In this document: positions 36,444-50,307 of the stretch, one piece after another
How the letters are laid out: each line of letters starts with the position of its first letter
Numbering within the stretch: position 1 is the stretch's first letter
Assembly: GCA_008632985.1 (NCBI GenBank)
Contig: QPGO01000190.1
Coordinates: 62,001-126,000, forward strand
Reading direction: 5' to 3'
Length of the DNA: 64,000 nucleotides
Origin: Psammoneis japonica
Taxonomy: Eukaryota
Made by a program: the position numbers and the translations under genes
Notes under the pieces: model-generated
What the model saw: the letters and a program-made list of their open reading frames with translations, nothing else
The model's database searches: none
What the model was told of the DNA's origin: nothing

Positions 36444-39400
36444 CACGACTCCAAGTTGAATACACAGTGCCACACGCAGACACAAAATGGCGGTGCTGAA
36501 AGCGGGAAAGCGTCAAGCTAGCCCTGCTTTGGATTGCTTGCCATGGAGCTCAACATCTGCAGCTACAAAAAGTGATGGCAACAGTGTCAGGGAGGACATT
36601 TCAGGTGTTGGGAACATGGTTGTGACCGACAACAGAGCGAAGAAATGAACTTTAATTTGTGTCTCTTCAACACAAGCAAAGATGGCGAGGTTCTAGAGGC
36701 TTGCACCTTACACCAAGCACACATGAATCAAAAATCAAATGAAGAGTTCCGTTGAGTGTTGAAGCGCCAAGAGATGTCCACATCCAAGAAACTGGGACGA
36801 GAGGCACGGCGAAACAGAGCAAGAAACAAAAGCGAAGCACGCAAACAAACACCATGCTCGGCACATCATGAGTCCTGTGGAGGAGGAGGAGAGAGGAGAC
36901 AAACCCACACCTGCAATCAACTGCCTTTAGAATGCTTCAAACCATGGGACACTGCCAGTCTGACTCATCTTGAGCCAAGGCAAAAGGCCCTCTAAAACTC
37001 TGCAGACATTGCAGCTTCGGTTTCGATTCTGTCCGAAAATGCAACGACTCCGATTGAGATTGATGTGTGCCCACCAACTGTGCCAGTGGTCCAGAGGTTT
37101 GAGACTTTCTTGGCAAGAGTTCTTGCTGGGTTTCCTCTTGTCATCAAGACTGAACACATTTGCGGTGTGGAGAGAGTGGCACTTGCAACTCAGAATTGTC
37201 CACAATGAAAGGACATGGAATGTTCTTTGAAAGTTCAATGGGAGAGCGGAAAATCACTGTGGCAGAAAGAGAACAACTGTGTTTTTCTACATGACAGCAT
37301 GGCATGAGTCAAATGCTTGTGTGACATCTTTGTTGAGGAGACAGCCATGATTGCCAGAGCCAGCCAAACAGCTCAGGGTCATTCCTGTCATCTTTTGCAT
37401 GTTGAGGCACCAGATTCAACCACTTTCGATTCTGGCGCACACACTGCGGCGGTTGTGAATGGCTCAAAGGCTCACAAACTGACTGACAACCATGCCACAG
37501 ATGTGGCTGTTGAGGTGCTGGATGCTGGATCCTGTGGGCCGCATCTTTTTTCTAAAAAGTGCGAAGTTCACCGTTGTTTGTTGGCAGTGGGGCTCCAGGT
37601 TTGCCACATTCGTTTCGACTTCCAGCTCATTTTACAAGCCTGCAAGTGCAAGCAGTTCCATTGAAACAAGAGTTCGCAATGCCATGTGTGAGGCGGAAGC
37701 AAAATTGCAGCGTGACTTTGCCAAGACAAGACAGCGCCATTCTTGTGTGTTCGACATTCATTCAGCACTTTGGCATGTCAAACCCCAGTCCCAGGTGTGT
37801 GAAATTCATGCGCCACAGCTTTTCGAAGTGGGGCATGCAAAGCCAGGGAAGTTGCGTTTGGTGCAGGGTGCTGTGGAGATTTGGCTTTGACTGCAGCTGC
37901 GATTGTTTTGGTCACGGGTCGACTGCACCTTTTCTCGATGCGGATTCTTCTCTTGCTTCAATCTGTGAACCAGTGCTGAGAGTGATTGTCAATGTGATTT
38001 GACAATGCCTTGGTCTTGGGTGTTGGCTGTGGCACCAAGTGCGCCATTTCCATTCCTGGCGCATGCTGCGAATGAGGTTGGGTTGAGGCTGCTCCTTGCT
38101 GGGCTTGATTTGAGTCCAAAAATGGTGGAAATTGCCAAATGTCAAGCTGTGTGGTTCTTTGGGAACGTGGTGATCAGCATGAGATTGCCGTGGTCAATGC
38201 CGAAATTGCAGAGTGTGTTCTCAGAAAAGAAAAGCCTGTCGATTGAGACACATTGGCCTGTCCAGGTGCCTTTGACGGAGTTGTTGCAAATGATTGCTTT
38301 GAAAAATTCTGCAATGCCGGCAAGTTCGGTTGACATTTGTTGGCATGGCTTGTGTCAGTTTTGCATGCACGACACTTCCAACCAACATCAGTTTTCTTGT
38401 CTTTCAGATTCTCTCATGTCGGCCCTTGCAGAATGCTTTCAAGTGAATGGGGTCATGTTTGTCACTCACCCCCTTGGCGCTAGCTTTGTTTTAAAGTCAC
38501 ACACAGAAGATGAAAGAACTGGTCCAAATCTCTTCCAAAGGAATGAATTTGAGAGACTCACAAGTGGCCAATTGTTGAGAGCTTTAGAATTTGCCAAAAA
38601 GGTTGGATTTCCGGACTAGAATGAAAGGACAAAGGTGGTGTGTGTCTGTTTTGCAAGTGCAGAAAAGGTGGGTTGCTGACGCAAAATGCGTTGTGGCTGG
38701 ACCCCATTCTTGAGACATCTGTTTGAGGGATCTGCCACCCGTGCTGCGAGATTGCTCAAATGCTTTGCATGCTGTGACGGCCGGTGCTCTCTCTCTCTCT
38801 TTCCTGCTCCCAGTTTGAATCTCCCTCAACAGGTCATTCGCCTTTTGTGTCTGCACAATGGCATTGCATGGAGGCTTGGACCATGTCCTTGTTCGAATCT
38901 GAGTCTCCGCGAGAGATTGGCTTTTAACAACGCCCACATTGATGGAAGCGACAGTTTGTTCTTGTCACGCCACGATCTTGACAATCGCCGCCAACAATTC
39001 TGAGGATGCCTGGAACAAAGCTGCAGATCCGTGATGACGTTTGCGGATGACATCAGCTGTTGATGGTGTGTCAGCTTCTTCAAGTGCTTCAGTCCTGAGA
39101 GTGATGCCATGCAACTGTTTTCCGATTCACCGCAGCCATGTCTCTCAATGTGCTTTGCGAGGCATCGGCATCCACAGAGTTCATTGCAGTTGCATTGATG
39201 ACAATGCCAGCATTGCGTGTTGAGCACATTGTGATGAGATTGTTTCTTGCTTCCATTTCTGCAAGTCTGTGGCATGAGACGAAAATTGTTTGGATTTTTT
39301 TTTCTGGTGTGATTTCTACACGTTTCTACACAAAGCGATGGTCGCACTTCGGCTTGTCCCAGGACGCTGTCAAATGCTGCATTTCCTTCAACCAAGTGTC

Positions 39401-41050
39401 CTGCATTCTTTGTTGGTGTCTCCTTGACTTGCCCATGGTGAGAAACTGCAAGTTTCGAGATTGTGTCAACAAGACATTCCTGTTGGCAAAAAAAAGGTCC
39501 TGTTTTTTCGCCCCAAGTTTTTGAGTTAGATGCTCAGATGGGAAAAAGTGTCGAAAGGTGCAGTTTCTTTCACTCAGCAGGAAGCCAAGACAGCAGAGAA
39601 AGTGTCTGCATGCTTGAGTTCACAAGTGTTTTTGTCTTGGAAGTGCCTTTCATGGCCTTTCCAAGATGACACAGAGAACGAGGCGACAAATGAGCGATCG
39701 CCAAAATGGAATTTCCGTTGAGCGACACACTTGCAATCACGCGCATGCCGACCCATGTGATTCACCAACAAGACACAATGCTTTTGTCTGATGACAGATT
39801 CCTGATTCCCGTGATTTTCAATGAAAATGCACGCGGAAACGATTTTCACAATTTTCGTCTCGCACCACCTTGAGAACAAAGGAAATGCTGCTGCGCGGCA
39901 CACCTGATGCTTGCTCCGAGCATGACGCCGTGAACTGGAAGATTGTTGAGCAGGGGTCTTGCTTTTGCCCCTGGGTTTTGGTGGAGAGTTTTTTTTTGCT
40001 CGCTCTGTGGGCCTGAGCCAGGGCAGCTGTGCCCAAGGAGGGGGATGCCGCACTGCTGAGCTTGCCTTTTACACCACTTGGCAGGGTTTTGTGCCCTTTC
40101 TCACCTCAGATGCCATTCACTCCTTTCTTGGTTTGGCCTCTTTTCAATTTTCTTTTGCACTCAACAATGCCACACGGTGTTGACTTTGGCAGGTGACAAA
40201 ATTCTCTGGCCGATCCACCCCTGTCCTGCGGGAAGGCACATCCACAGTGTCATTGACAGAGTCACGGTTCCAGGCCTTGCTTCCTTTTTTCATGTCTCAG
40301 AATGCTCTCAACACCAAGGATTGTTTCGAACTGGAGTCAGAACCCGGTTCACATCATGCGCAGTCACAACAATGAGCTCAACTGCACCAAGTCGAATCCA
40401 GCATGACCCCATCCAATCACCACAATCATCCGTCATTGTGAAATTTTCAATCGCAAGCATTGAACGAAAGAACAGCATCATGGACACTGAGATGCTCCTC
40501 GTCAACCTGCGAATGAAAATGCTCAATCAGACGGATGACATGTGGTGCTCCACAATCGGGGTGTCAAACCGTCGACACAAAACCCTCAATCTCATGCAGC
40601 ACAGAGGTTCTGAAAGTCGAACATGGGCTGTGAACAAATGCCAGACAGAGTCCAAACCCGAGCTTTCAGTTCCTCCATGACACGAGACAGAGAACATTGC
40701 TTCTTTGAGTCGACGGTGATTGTGGTGGCAGCAGGAATCACACAGGCATTGTCTGGCTTGGACGCAGAAAGCACAATGTCAGCAAAGCATGCAGCACAAG
40801 CCGCAACCTTCGTTCTTGCCCCGCGAAGCAACCCTCCTGACAATCCTCTGTTTCGATGAATTGTGACCAGAGCGAGTGATGTTCAGATCAGCTTTCCCTT
40901 TCAGCGACATGCCAGGAATGCGTGGGTTCTACATGAATCCCAGCACACGACCCATTTCACGATTGTGCTGATCAGGTTTTGCCGAGGTTCTGTGTGCGTG
41001 TGGGCGCGCGAGGGAGCGTGCGAGAAACTCAAGTGCGGGTCCCGCTCGTG
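36444..41050. other. TpA-depleted hypermutated block 3 (CpG partly retained)
   Basis: TA is rare and ORFs are nearly Tyr-free. The block begins near CACGA (36444) and ends near TCGTG (41050). Confidence 0.85.
37900..38619 (+). pseudogene. Class I SAM-dependent methyltransferase, disrupted
   Basis: LGVGCGT (motif I, other frame), then FPFL...LAGLDLSPKMVEIAK and NGVMFVTHPLGA. Confidence 0.7.
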
Positions 41051-41304
41051 ACTACTTTCATCGACGTCTGTCAATCTGTCAGCGAAATCAGCAACCGTTG
41101 TCGACACAAAATGGCGGTGCTGAGAGCTGAAAGCTACCGGTACAAGTTGTCCATCTCAGTGTGAAAGATCAGAGCACGCTACTGTAAAACGGCATTAATA
41201 TTCGTGGGGCAACTCTCTGTGTGAATGGGTTGTCGGGACAACGTACAATACGTTTAATGAAATAGAATTGCTACCTGCTACCCGCTACCTACAACCTACA
41301 AACC

Positions 41305-42123
41305 ATGTCGGAAGCTACGAAACCACCAACTCCGCACCAAGCGTCGTCCTTGCAAAACCAAAAGAAAAGAGGCAAACGCCCTCACCCCAACAACAAGTAC
41401 TCTCGTCGCGGTCGTCCTCGTCGACAATATCAGCACGGTCGCAACAAACCTACTGAACCACCATCATCATCGAAGCCAAAGTGCTCCGAATGTCAAGCTG
41501 AAGAACCAAAGTAAGTCGAAGTACTGTACATCATCACTTTGCTTTTACCCCATGCAAAAGAACAACTAACAAAGTCGTTATACACTGTCAGGTACAAATG
41601 CCCAAAGTGCCGTGCTCCCTACTGTAGTATTGCGTGTTGCCGAGCTCACAAGGAGAAACCATGCAACAAGCCAGATGAATCAAACGACGAAACAAAGTCC
41701 GTCAAGAGCAAATATTTACCATTCGATATTGCTGTTTCGGGTGTGACTACGAATAAACAGCACTGTACGGGGAAAGATCAATTCGATGATTTAGACCAAG
41801 AATGGAAAATAACCGACACTATGAAGTTAGCAATGGAACAAACACCGTGGCTGAGAAATGAATTAAAGGATGGTGGCTTGAAGCAAATTATTGGAGATAT
41901 TGTAAGCAAATGCTCCCATCCATCATCGAATGACAACCATGAGTCTTGTACGTATTTGCAGGGTACCGCTTTGGAACAAGCCAAAAAAAAGTATCCAAAC
42001 TTTGAAACCTTCATGGACAAGTTGTTGGTTGTCACGGGCGTCTTGGAGCGTGAATCTCGAGACGAGGATCTGTCCGAGTGGTTGACCAGAAACAGTCATG
42101 ATGATCTGGTCGTCTCGTCATGA
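41305..42123 (+). CDS. HIT-type zinc finger protein (ZNHIT3/Hit1-like); intron 41511-41591
   Basis: The spliced product reads [30 protein letters not shown] with a GTAAGT...CAG intron. An acidic tail in another frame (to 42305) suggests a possible frameshift at the 3' end. Confidence 0.88.
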
Positions 42124-44069
42124 AGTCGGTTGAACGAAAACGAAAGGCACTAAAGAAACAAGTCGAGGAGAAAGAGTCATTAGGATCAATGAGTAATGAC
42201 GATGATGATAATGATGATTCGTCAAGCATAGACGATGATTCGTCTACATCCGATTCTTCGTCGTCATATCAGAGCCCAAGTAACAGTGATGAAGGAAAAG
42301 GGTGAAAACTCTGTAGCACAGATACGGGGTTGCATTGAAAGATTTGTTGCTCTCGGAGTCATGGAGAAAATTCAGTCACCCTCGGCCCAACCCATCACTC
42401 TTGACCCAACCCATGTATTATCGGAAGACTCCTTGGGGCTGGCGTTTTGCTTTCTCTATCTCTCCCTGAACTGGCAACCTGTTGTTGTGGTGTCTGTATA
42501 TCGCTTGGAACAACTTTTTCTTCGTCGTGATGACATCACGTGGAAGTACATGATGGAAAGCCAGTGGTGGTGGACGGCAATAACTCCGCATAGCTACTCG
42601 AAGGGAGGGCAATGGTGCTATCAGGGAGGCGTTTCGAAACGCTGTTTAAAATGGAGCACAAAATGGAAAGAGCTCAACATGGAGGATGATTTTGTAACAA
42701 AGAACACTTGTGACGTGCCATGTCTATTGTTGATAGTGAAGATTTCGTTTCACTGTCGGTTTGGAAGAAGAGGTCTGGGGATGGAAACTTCCTTTTGTTA
42801 GCCATCGTTCTACTGGACGTGTGCTATTGCGAAAAGATATGATTGTATGTATTGGGATATTCTTCTGGGTAGCTACTGTTGATTCAAAGTGCATTGTAGT
42901 CTCGGTTGAGAAATGTGCTGCCGTAGCCCGCTTTTGGAGAGATCGAGTCGAAAACGGCATGTAACGCCGAGTTACACAATACCTATGCCGCCATGGAGGC
43001 CTCGTTCATTACTTTTTCTTTGATGGTTCAAAGAAACGCATGAATACTGGATGCTCAGATGATGGACCTCTTTGCGCTTTCAAAATGTGACGTGGCGAAC
43101 AAGTACCAGAGGTTGTGCGTCTGACAGCTTTGTGAAGTGAGAGATCTCATCACCAGTACGAATCTCCCAATTTTTCTTCCATGCACTATGGACGCACTGT
43201 TGTGTGTGGCACCGGCGATGGTAGCCTCATTGAGTACAATGTGAGATGGAAGACAGGCTCATCGTCAAGGGAGTATTCACAGATCAGTTGTGCACAGGGC
43301 TTTTCATCTTTGTCATGACACGGTACTTGCACTTGGAGAAGACGTGCAGCTGCTCATGATAAGCTATCCTGCGATTGTTCAAGTGGGGGTCTACGTAAGA
43401 TGTCACTCAGAATTATCCTGCAAAACAAAGCTCCCGGTACAACCCTCAAAGAAGTGCCTGGTTCAGTAATGGAAGGAGCACTTTACTCCTTGTCAGTGCC
43501 GGTTACCTGGTCCGAGCTTGTCTGTTCTCAAATTGAAAAGAATAGTATTTCATGTTCATTTCATCCTTTTAGCCATAGATTTCTGCTGCTCGTCAATGTA
43601 GCCCTGCCTCTCGCCTCTATATTTATGATGTGTGTATTGTATACAGGTAGCAGAGTATCTTTCTCTCTTGATACGGTACCGAGTTAGCTACAATTCAATT
43701 CAATCATCGTCACTACGTACTAAAAGGTAACAAAAATGACGGGTTGCTTGCACGTACGCTTGCCAAGTTGGCGCAAGCATCCGTCCGTCATCCGTGCATT
43801 TTCAATTCGGCAAAGACAGACGAAATGTCATGCTCGCTGTATGTACAATGTACGAAGAACTGCAGTACTCCACGTCAGATTTCGTGTGAAGAAGGCTAAA
43901 TCAATCGCACACTTCAAGTCGTTGATGCGAACTCCAATCGAAGCTGATTGGGGTTCTCATTTGCACGTACAAATCCTACACAAAGATTGTACCAGGAATC
44001 CAGCGAATGGCTTCACCGGTCTTGTTCGTCGTCGCTCTCATAAAATCAACAACAACAACGATTGCAACA

Positions 44070-47000
44070 ATGACCATTACAACCATCTTCCCCTTTGGCG
44101 GGTCTGCTCCTCGCTCCAAGAATGAGGACATTGACCGTCAGATTGTTGGAGGCAAGGGCCTTGGCCTTCAAGTCATGGGTAACATTGGCGTGGAAGTGCC
44201 GCCAGGTGAGACTGTGATGAACGAAGAGTGCCGATGTGTGTGTCTCGAAAGATCTAACAGAAATCTTCGTGTCCTACTATACCTACACAGGATTCACCAT
44301 GCCCACAACGCTGTGCCAGGTGTACTCGGAACACGGAGACCTCCCAAAAGAAATCTGGGACGATGTGAAAGCCAACACGAAGCGAGTCGAACGAGACATG
44401 GGCAAGACTTTTGGCGACAAGAAGAATCCTCTTTTGTTCTCCGTCCGATCGGGAGCTGCGATTAGTATGCCCGGTATGATGGACACGGTCCTCAACATTG
44501 GACTCAACGACGAGGCGGTTCTTGGATTGGCAGAGGCCACCAACAATCCCCGTTTCGCGTGGGATGCCTACCGTCGTCTCCTCAACATGTACGGTGACGT
44601 CGTTTTGGGTATTCCCCACGAAGCCTACGAAGAGCGATTCGACGAAATCAAGGCTGCGGTGGGAGCCAAGAATGATCTCGATCTCAACGTGGATCAGTTG
44701 AAGCAGCTATGCGACGCATACAAGGACGTCTACCAGAAACAGAACCAACACTTCCCTCAAGATCCGGAAGAGCAGCTTCGCAACTGCATCAAAGCCGTTT
44801 TCGGATCTTGGAACTCGCCTCGTGCCGTCAAGTACCGAGAAATCAACGGCATCAAGAGCTTGATTGGTACCGCGGCCAACGTACAGACAATGGTGTTTGG
44901 AAACATGGGCGAGAACTCCGGAACCGGTGTTGCCTTTTCGAGATCTCCTGCTACCGGCGAGAACAAGCTCTACGGAGAATATTTGGTCAACGCTCAGGGT
45001 GAGGATGTCGTTGCCGGTATTCGTACACCCCAACCCATTTTACAGATGGAACAAGTTCTCCCAGAAGCTTATGCACAGTTTGTCGACAATGTCAACAAGC
45101 TCGAACGTCACTTTAAGGATATGCAGGATGTCGAGTTTACCGTGGAAAACGGAAAGCTGTGGATGCTTCAGTGCCGCAGTGGAAAGAGGACCGGAACCGC
45201 TGCCGTCAAGATTGCTATTGACCTAGTCAACGAGGGCATTTGCGAAACACACGAGGCAATTCAACGTGTCGAGCCCAACCACGTCAAGCAACTCCTCCAT
45301 CCTTACTTTGCCCCTGAGACCATTGCGTCAGACTCGTACAAGAATGGAGTCATTGCCAAGGGTCTCGATGGAGGTCCCGGGGCTGCCGTCGGTAAGCTGG
45401 TATTTTCTACACAACGTGCCGAAGAGGAAAAGGGCAAGGGCGAGCGCGTCATTTTGGTTCGGGTAGCAACCTCACCCGAAGACGTTGGAGGTATGTGGGC
45501 CTCGGCTGGTATTCTCACGGCCAAGGGTGGCAAGACGTCCCACGCTGCCGTTGTGGCTCGTGGATGGGGAAAGCCCTGTGTCTGCGGATGCTCCGACTTG
45601 GAAGTCAACGAGGCTGAAGGATGTTTCACCGTCAAGGGATCCGGAGAGGTATTCAAGGAGGGTGATATGATTTCCATCAACGGATCTACTGGAGAAGTCA
45701 TTCGCGGAGCGGTCGAAGTTAAAGCTCCCTCGTTTGGTGGAGACTTGGGGAAAGTTCTCAGCTGGGCCGACGAGCAGCCCGACGTACTCAAGGTTATGGC
45801 GAATGCAGATTCTGGAAAGGATGCCGCTCAGGCCGCCGAGCATGGAGCTCAAGGCATTGGATTGTGCCGCACAGAGCACATGTTCTTCAGTCCGGAACGC
45901 CTCCCCGTTGTCCAAAAGTGGATCTTGCAGGGCAAGGGTCTTGAACAAGTTGAAGAATTTCAGCACACGGACTTTGTGGCTATCTTCAAGGCCATGGACG
46001 ACAAGATTGTTACCGTTCGCTTGCTTGACCCGCCGCTCCACGAGTTTTTGCCACATGGCGATCAACTCACGCCTGAATTGGCCGAGAAGCTTGGATACGG
46101 AAAGAGTGTTCAAAAGCTCGAGGCAGAGATTGATGCCATGCACGAGGAAAATCCAATGCTTGGTCTTCGCGGTTGTCGTCTGGGAATTGTTCACGAGGAT
46201 CTTACTCAAATGCAGGTTCGTGCCATTATGAACGCTGCTGCTGACAGCATCGAGGCTGGTGTCAAACCGAGACCGCGTATCATGATTCCCTTGGTCGGTT
46301 CCGTCAAGGAGTTTGAGAGCCAGGCGCTCGTTGTCAAGAAGGAAGCTGAATCCGTCAAGGCTTCCAGGAAGTTGGAGATTCCGTATGAGATTGGGACCAT
46401 GATCGAGGTCCCTCGTGCTGCCTTGGTCTCAGGAGCCATTGCTGGCGCCGTCGACCCGGACGATGGCAAGCCATTGTGCGACTTCTTCTCCTACGGAACA
46501 AACGACTTGACCCAGATGACATTGGGCATCTCTAGGGATGACTCGAGTTCCTTTATTAACAAGTACATGGACAACGGCATCATGGAAGATGATCCCTTCC
46601 ACTCCATCGACGAAATCGGCGTAGGTATGTATTTACACATTTTGTTTCGTTCTAGTATCGGATTTGTGATTGCCGCTCATCCTCACATCTTATCTTTCTC
46701 TATTCTCACCAGGATATCTCGTCAAGAAGTCGGCAAAGGAAGGATCAGAGGCCAATCCAAACCTTTCCTTGTCGGTCTGCGGAGAGCACGGCGGTGATCC
46801 ACAAAGCATTAAGTTCTTCGACTCGATTGGTCTCAACTACGTGTCATGCTCTCCGTTTAGAGTGCCGATTGCACGTCTAGCTTGTGGTCAGGCCGCGGCG
46901 AAACGCTTTGAAAAGGATCATATCAGGGAAATCACCCATCATTCCGAACATAATGATGAAGCTCTGCTCAGCCGCGTCTTCCACATGTGCAGGCTTGACA

Positions 47001-47095
47001 AGATTCCCGGAATTCCGTTTGGTCACCACCGTACTCCCGCCAAGAAGATATCGAGGGTGTCTTCTAACAACGTGATCGCTCAGGCGTCACAGTAG
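44070..47095 (+). CDS. PPDK: Pyruvate, phosphate dikinase; introns 44206-44290 and 46625-46712
   Basis: [42 protein letters not shown] (catalytic His), [29 protein letters not shown]. An alternative in-frame ATG lies at 44007. Confidence 0.97.
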
Positions 47096-47389
47096 AGGGA
47101 CGGGCGGTGAGTTATCACCCCATTGGAGGAGGTTGTCTAGAGTACAATACACAGTATGTCAAAAGGGCAACTAAATAGCAAAACCGAAAATATCTAGCAG
47201 GTTCGTTGCGATACCTACTCTCTAGCTATATAGGTATCATCGGTGGTATGTTTAGCTTGCGCGACTAATTCTGTGCACGTGGTTCTGAACAGGGAGTTAG
47301 GCACATGCTGATGCTGATTCGCAGTTCTTGCGCCAATCTATTCTACTAGAGAGTAGCTAGCTAGTATGCTTGCGCCGCGTAATTGGTGG

Positions 47390-48417
47390 TCACTTGGCAG
47401 TATTCTTTTTCCGAACATTCTTTTTGTATTCTGCCGGTGTCACTATTTGCGATCCGTTAGACCACACACCCTTCTTTCTCTTTTTCGCTGCTTCGATCTT
47501 TTTCTCGAGTACCTCTCGCTTGCCCTGAAGGATAACATCAAAACAAACAAGACTATGAGCATGGGGTGAAAGAAGCGTAAAACATTTGGTAATCGCAAAC
47601 CAATGTCAACATACGTCATACTCTGCCCCACCCCCAGTGTAGAGCGTTGCGAGGCCTCTCTTTGCCAAGCTGATGGATAAGTCTGCTTTCGTGAAAGGAA
47701 TAAACCCTCTGCAATTCGAACAGTACTTTGTGTAGTTAGCAAGTAGTTGTCTTGAACCAGCAACTAGACCTTGTCCTTTTGCTGTTACTCACTTTGTTGT
47801 CACTTTAGCTACTGCACGATTGTATTGATCACGTCGTAAGAGCTTGACACGTACAATCTTGTCTCCCACCAACGATTGAGCAAAATCCTTGGCTTCTTCG
47901 GCCATTGGCATTGACGGATTCCCAAATTTGGCTGTTCCAAGAGAAAGAAAAGTGGGATTCGGACGTATAGAACTCAAGTGTGTTGAACAATTTTTCACGT
48001 ACCAATTTCCGGCGCGTCAACACCATAGATTCGCACCGAAATGGTGTTTTCTGATAATAGGCCTTCATAGCTGGCACGGAAACTCGTAGGATAAAGCGGG
48101 TAATGCCTTACTCGAATCGTATCACCATCAACTACTTTAACTACTTTTCCATATAGAACATCATTGTTCTGGAACTTGGATTTTGGAATATCGGTCGCCG
48201 TGTTGAACTGATTAGCGAAACCAAGGGAGAACGAAAATGTGAGCGGCAGACGTGCGACGTGCTTTTTCTCCAGTACACAAGCACCAGCAGCCTTCTGCGT
48301 TATACATACCTGTTGGAATGGCATACCTGGAAAAGGAGCAATGGTTGAACCAAAGATTGATGCAGCAGTTACCGCTGTCGCTAATGTTGATAACGGTGAA
48401 GCTCCGACGACTCTCAT
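47390..48417 (-). CDS. Staphylococcal nuclease (SNase/TNase)-like protein, multi-exon
   Basis: VVKVVDGDTIRV, VRIYGVDAPE, DQYNRAVA, LAKRGLATLY and AAKKRKKGVWS separated by ~4 short GT-AG introns (first 48208-48309). Stop at 47390. Confidence 0.9.
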
Positions 48418-49569
48418 GGGGGAGCGGCGGTGGAAGCGAGCGAGAAGTGTGGGGGCGCAAAACTAACGGTCATCTCGGTATGTACTGACGACTCGCCGTT
48501 GATTTCTACGAGCACCTTAATTTGAAGGACTGAGTGAGTCATCCAATTTTTCCAATTTTCTGGCTGCCCCTCTTCCTTCACAGCCTGCCTGACCCCCTTC
48601 TGTCTCCCTCCAATCTCCTCACCGGTGCCAGGCCGGCCTGGAGCAAGCTGCCCCCCCCCCGAGCTTGGGCCTCCCACAGGTCCTCACCTTTTGCTCCGTG
48701 CCTCCCTTTCTCATCATCTCTCTTCCTTCACATCTCNGTGCCGCTGCTGTTGACGATGTCGTTTGTCGAAAGTAATGTGTTCAACGCCGATGTTTCGGTG
48801 TAGTATTGCTTTAATGTGCCATTACTAACAATATGTGCAAAAACATCGCCATCATATTGTGCAGGAGACGGGAAATAACAACTCCACTTTGGGCATCCCA
48901 GCAGCTCCGAAGGCAGCCGCCAACAATAACCTGGAAGCCCTCAAAAGGGATATTAACACCGGTATTCGAGTCTTTGTCAATCATGTCCAAGAAAATAATC
49001 GACATATAACATTTCAGGAGGGAAAGAAGTGGTTCCTAGTCTCAACACTGGTGAAAAAGCTCGAGACGAGTGCTCTAACGCCTCTCATCTTCTCGATCAA
49101 GTCGGCGTTGCGGAAGACGGTATGATGCTGGAATATGAACAGAAATGGATGAATATCCTTTACTTCCCTTTCTCTGAGTTGGAAACGAGGCCCATTGGCC
49201 AATGGAAATTTGTTACAGTGAAGCTTTGAGCCACCAAGACTCTGGGCATGGTTACATCTCCATCGCGCCACACTGTCGTGACTTCCTCAAAGGAGATCCC
49301 ATTAATCCATCAAGGCCACAGCTGTGTCAGAAACAAGAGGCAGGAAGGCATCCAGCCGACTCCTTATAGATGTAAATAATGCATCTTCTATTTCTCTGTT
49401 GAAGACTCCTGCAGACAAGGAAACAGCAAAACCGTCAGCAGAGAAAGACCGCCAGTGAGTCATTCCCATTGCTTTCTTTGTGACTAATTAGCTGTAACAT
49501 TTGCTATAAACAACATTTCAATTATCTATGCAATGAAAACTATGCCATGCTGTGTTTACAATTTCCTTA

Positions 49570-50305
49570 GACACTAGGAGCGACCCGCCACCTCCTGCAT
49601 GAAAGACCGAGCGCGTCCAAAACAAACAGTGTTACGGCCTCTTGCTGTACCTCCAAGACTGCAAATTGCAGAAGATCGAATGTGTATCTCGTCATAACGA
49701 TCCAAAGCAATGATGGATACCCTGTTATGACATTCTGTATCGTTTCTAGCCCACGAGCGACCCGCCACCTCCGGCAACAACGACCAAGTGTGCACAAAAC
49801 CTGCAGTGTTCCGGCCTCTTGCCATAGCTCCAAGACCGCAAATTGCAGTAGATTGCACGTGTATCTTGTCATAACGACACAAAGTGATGATTGATGCCCT
49901 GTCTTGTCATTCTGCATCGTTTCTAGCCCCACGAGCGACCACCACCCCCTTACCTTGACGACCAAGTGCGCCCAAAAAAGCCAAGTTCCGGCCTCTCCTT
50001 GTGCCACCAAGGACGCAAAATGTAATGGGTCAAACACGTATCACGTCATGACAATCCAAAGCAATGTTGTATGCACTGTCAAAATATTCTGCACCGTTTC
50101 TAGCCCCACAAGCGTCCGGCAACTGCCGACCGAGAACCAAAGAGCGAAAAAAAAAGTTGTGTTCCGGCCTCTTACTGCACCACCAAGACAGCATGTTGCA
50201 ATGGCTCAAGCACACATCTCGTCATGACGACCCAAAGCAACACTGGATGCCCTTTTACAGTTTGCTACATCGTTTCTAGCCCCACAAGCAACCGGCAACC
50301 AACGA
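49570..50305. repeat. Tandem array of ~177-bp units (about 4 copies)
   Basis: CGTTTCTAGCCC recurs at 49741, 49918, 50095 and 50271. Confidence 0.92.
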
Positions 50306-50307
50306 CC

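Noticed and set aside
42235..43990. ORFs between the zf-HIT gene and PPDK
   Set aside because: No recognisable motifs or coherent exon structure.
44254..46469. Antisense and alternate-frame ORFs over PPDK
   Set aside because: Shadow ORFs of a codon-biased gene.
49570..50305. CRISPR-like array
   Set aside because: Whole ~177-bp units are homologous with no unique spacers, there are no cas genes, and the context is eukaryotic.
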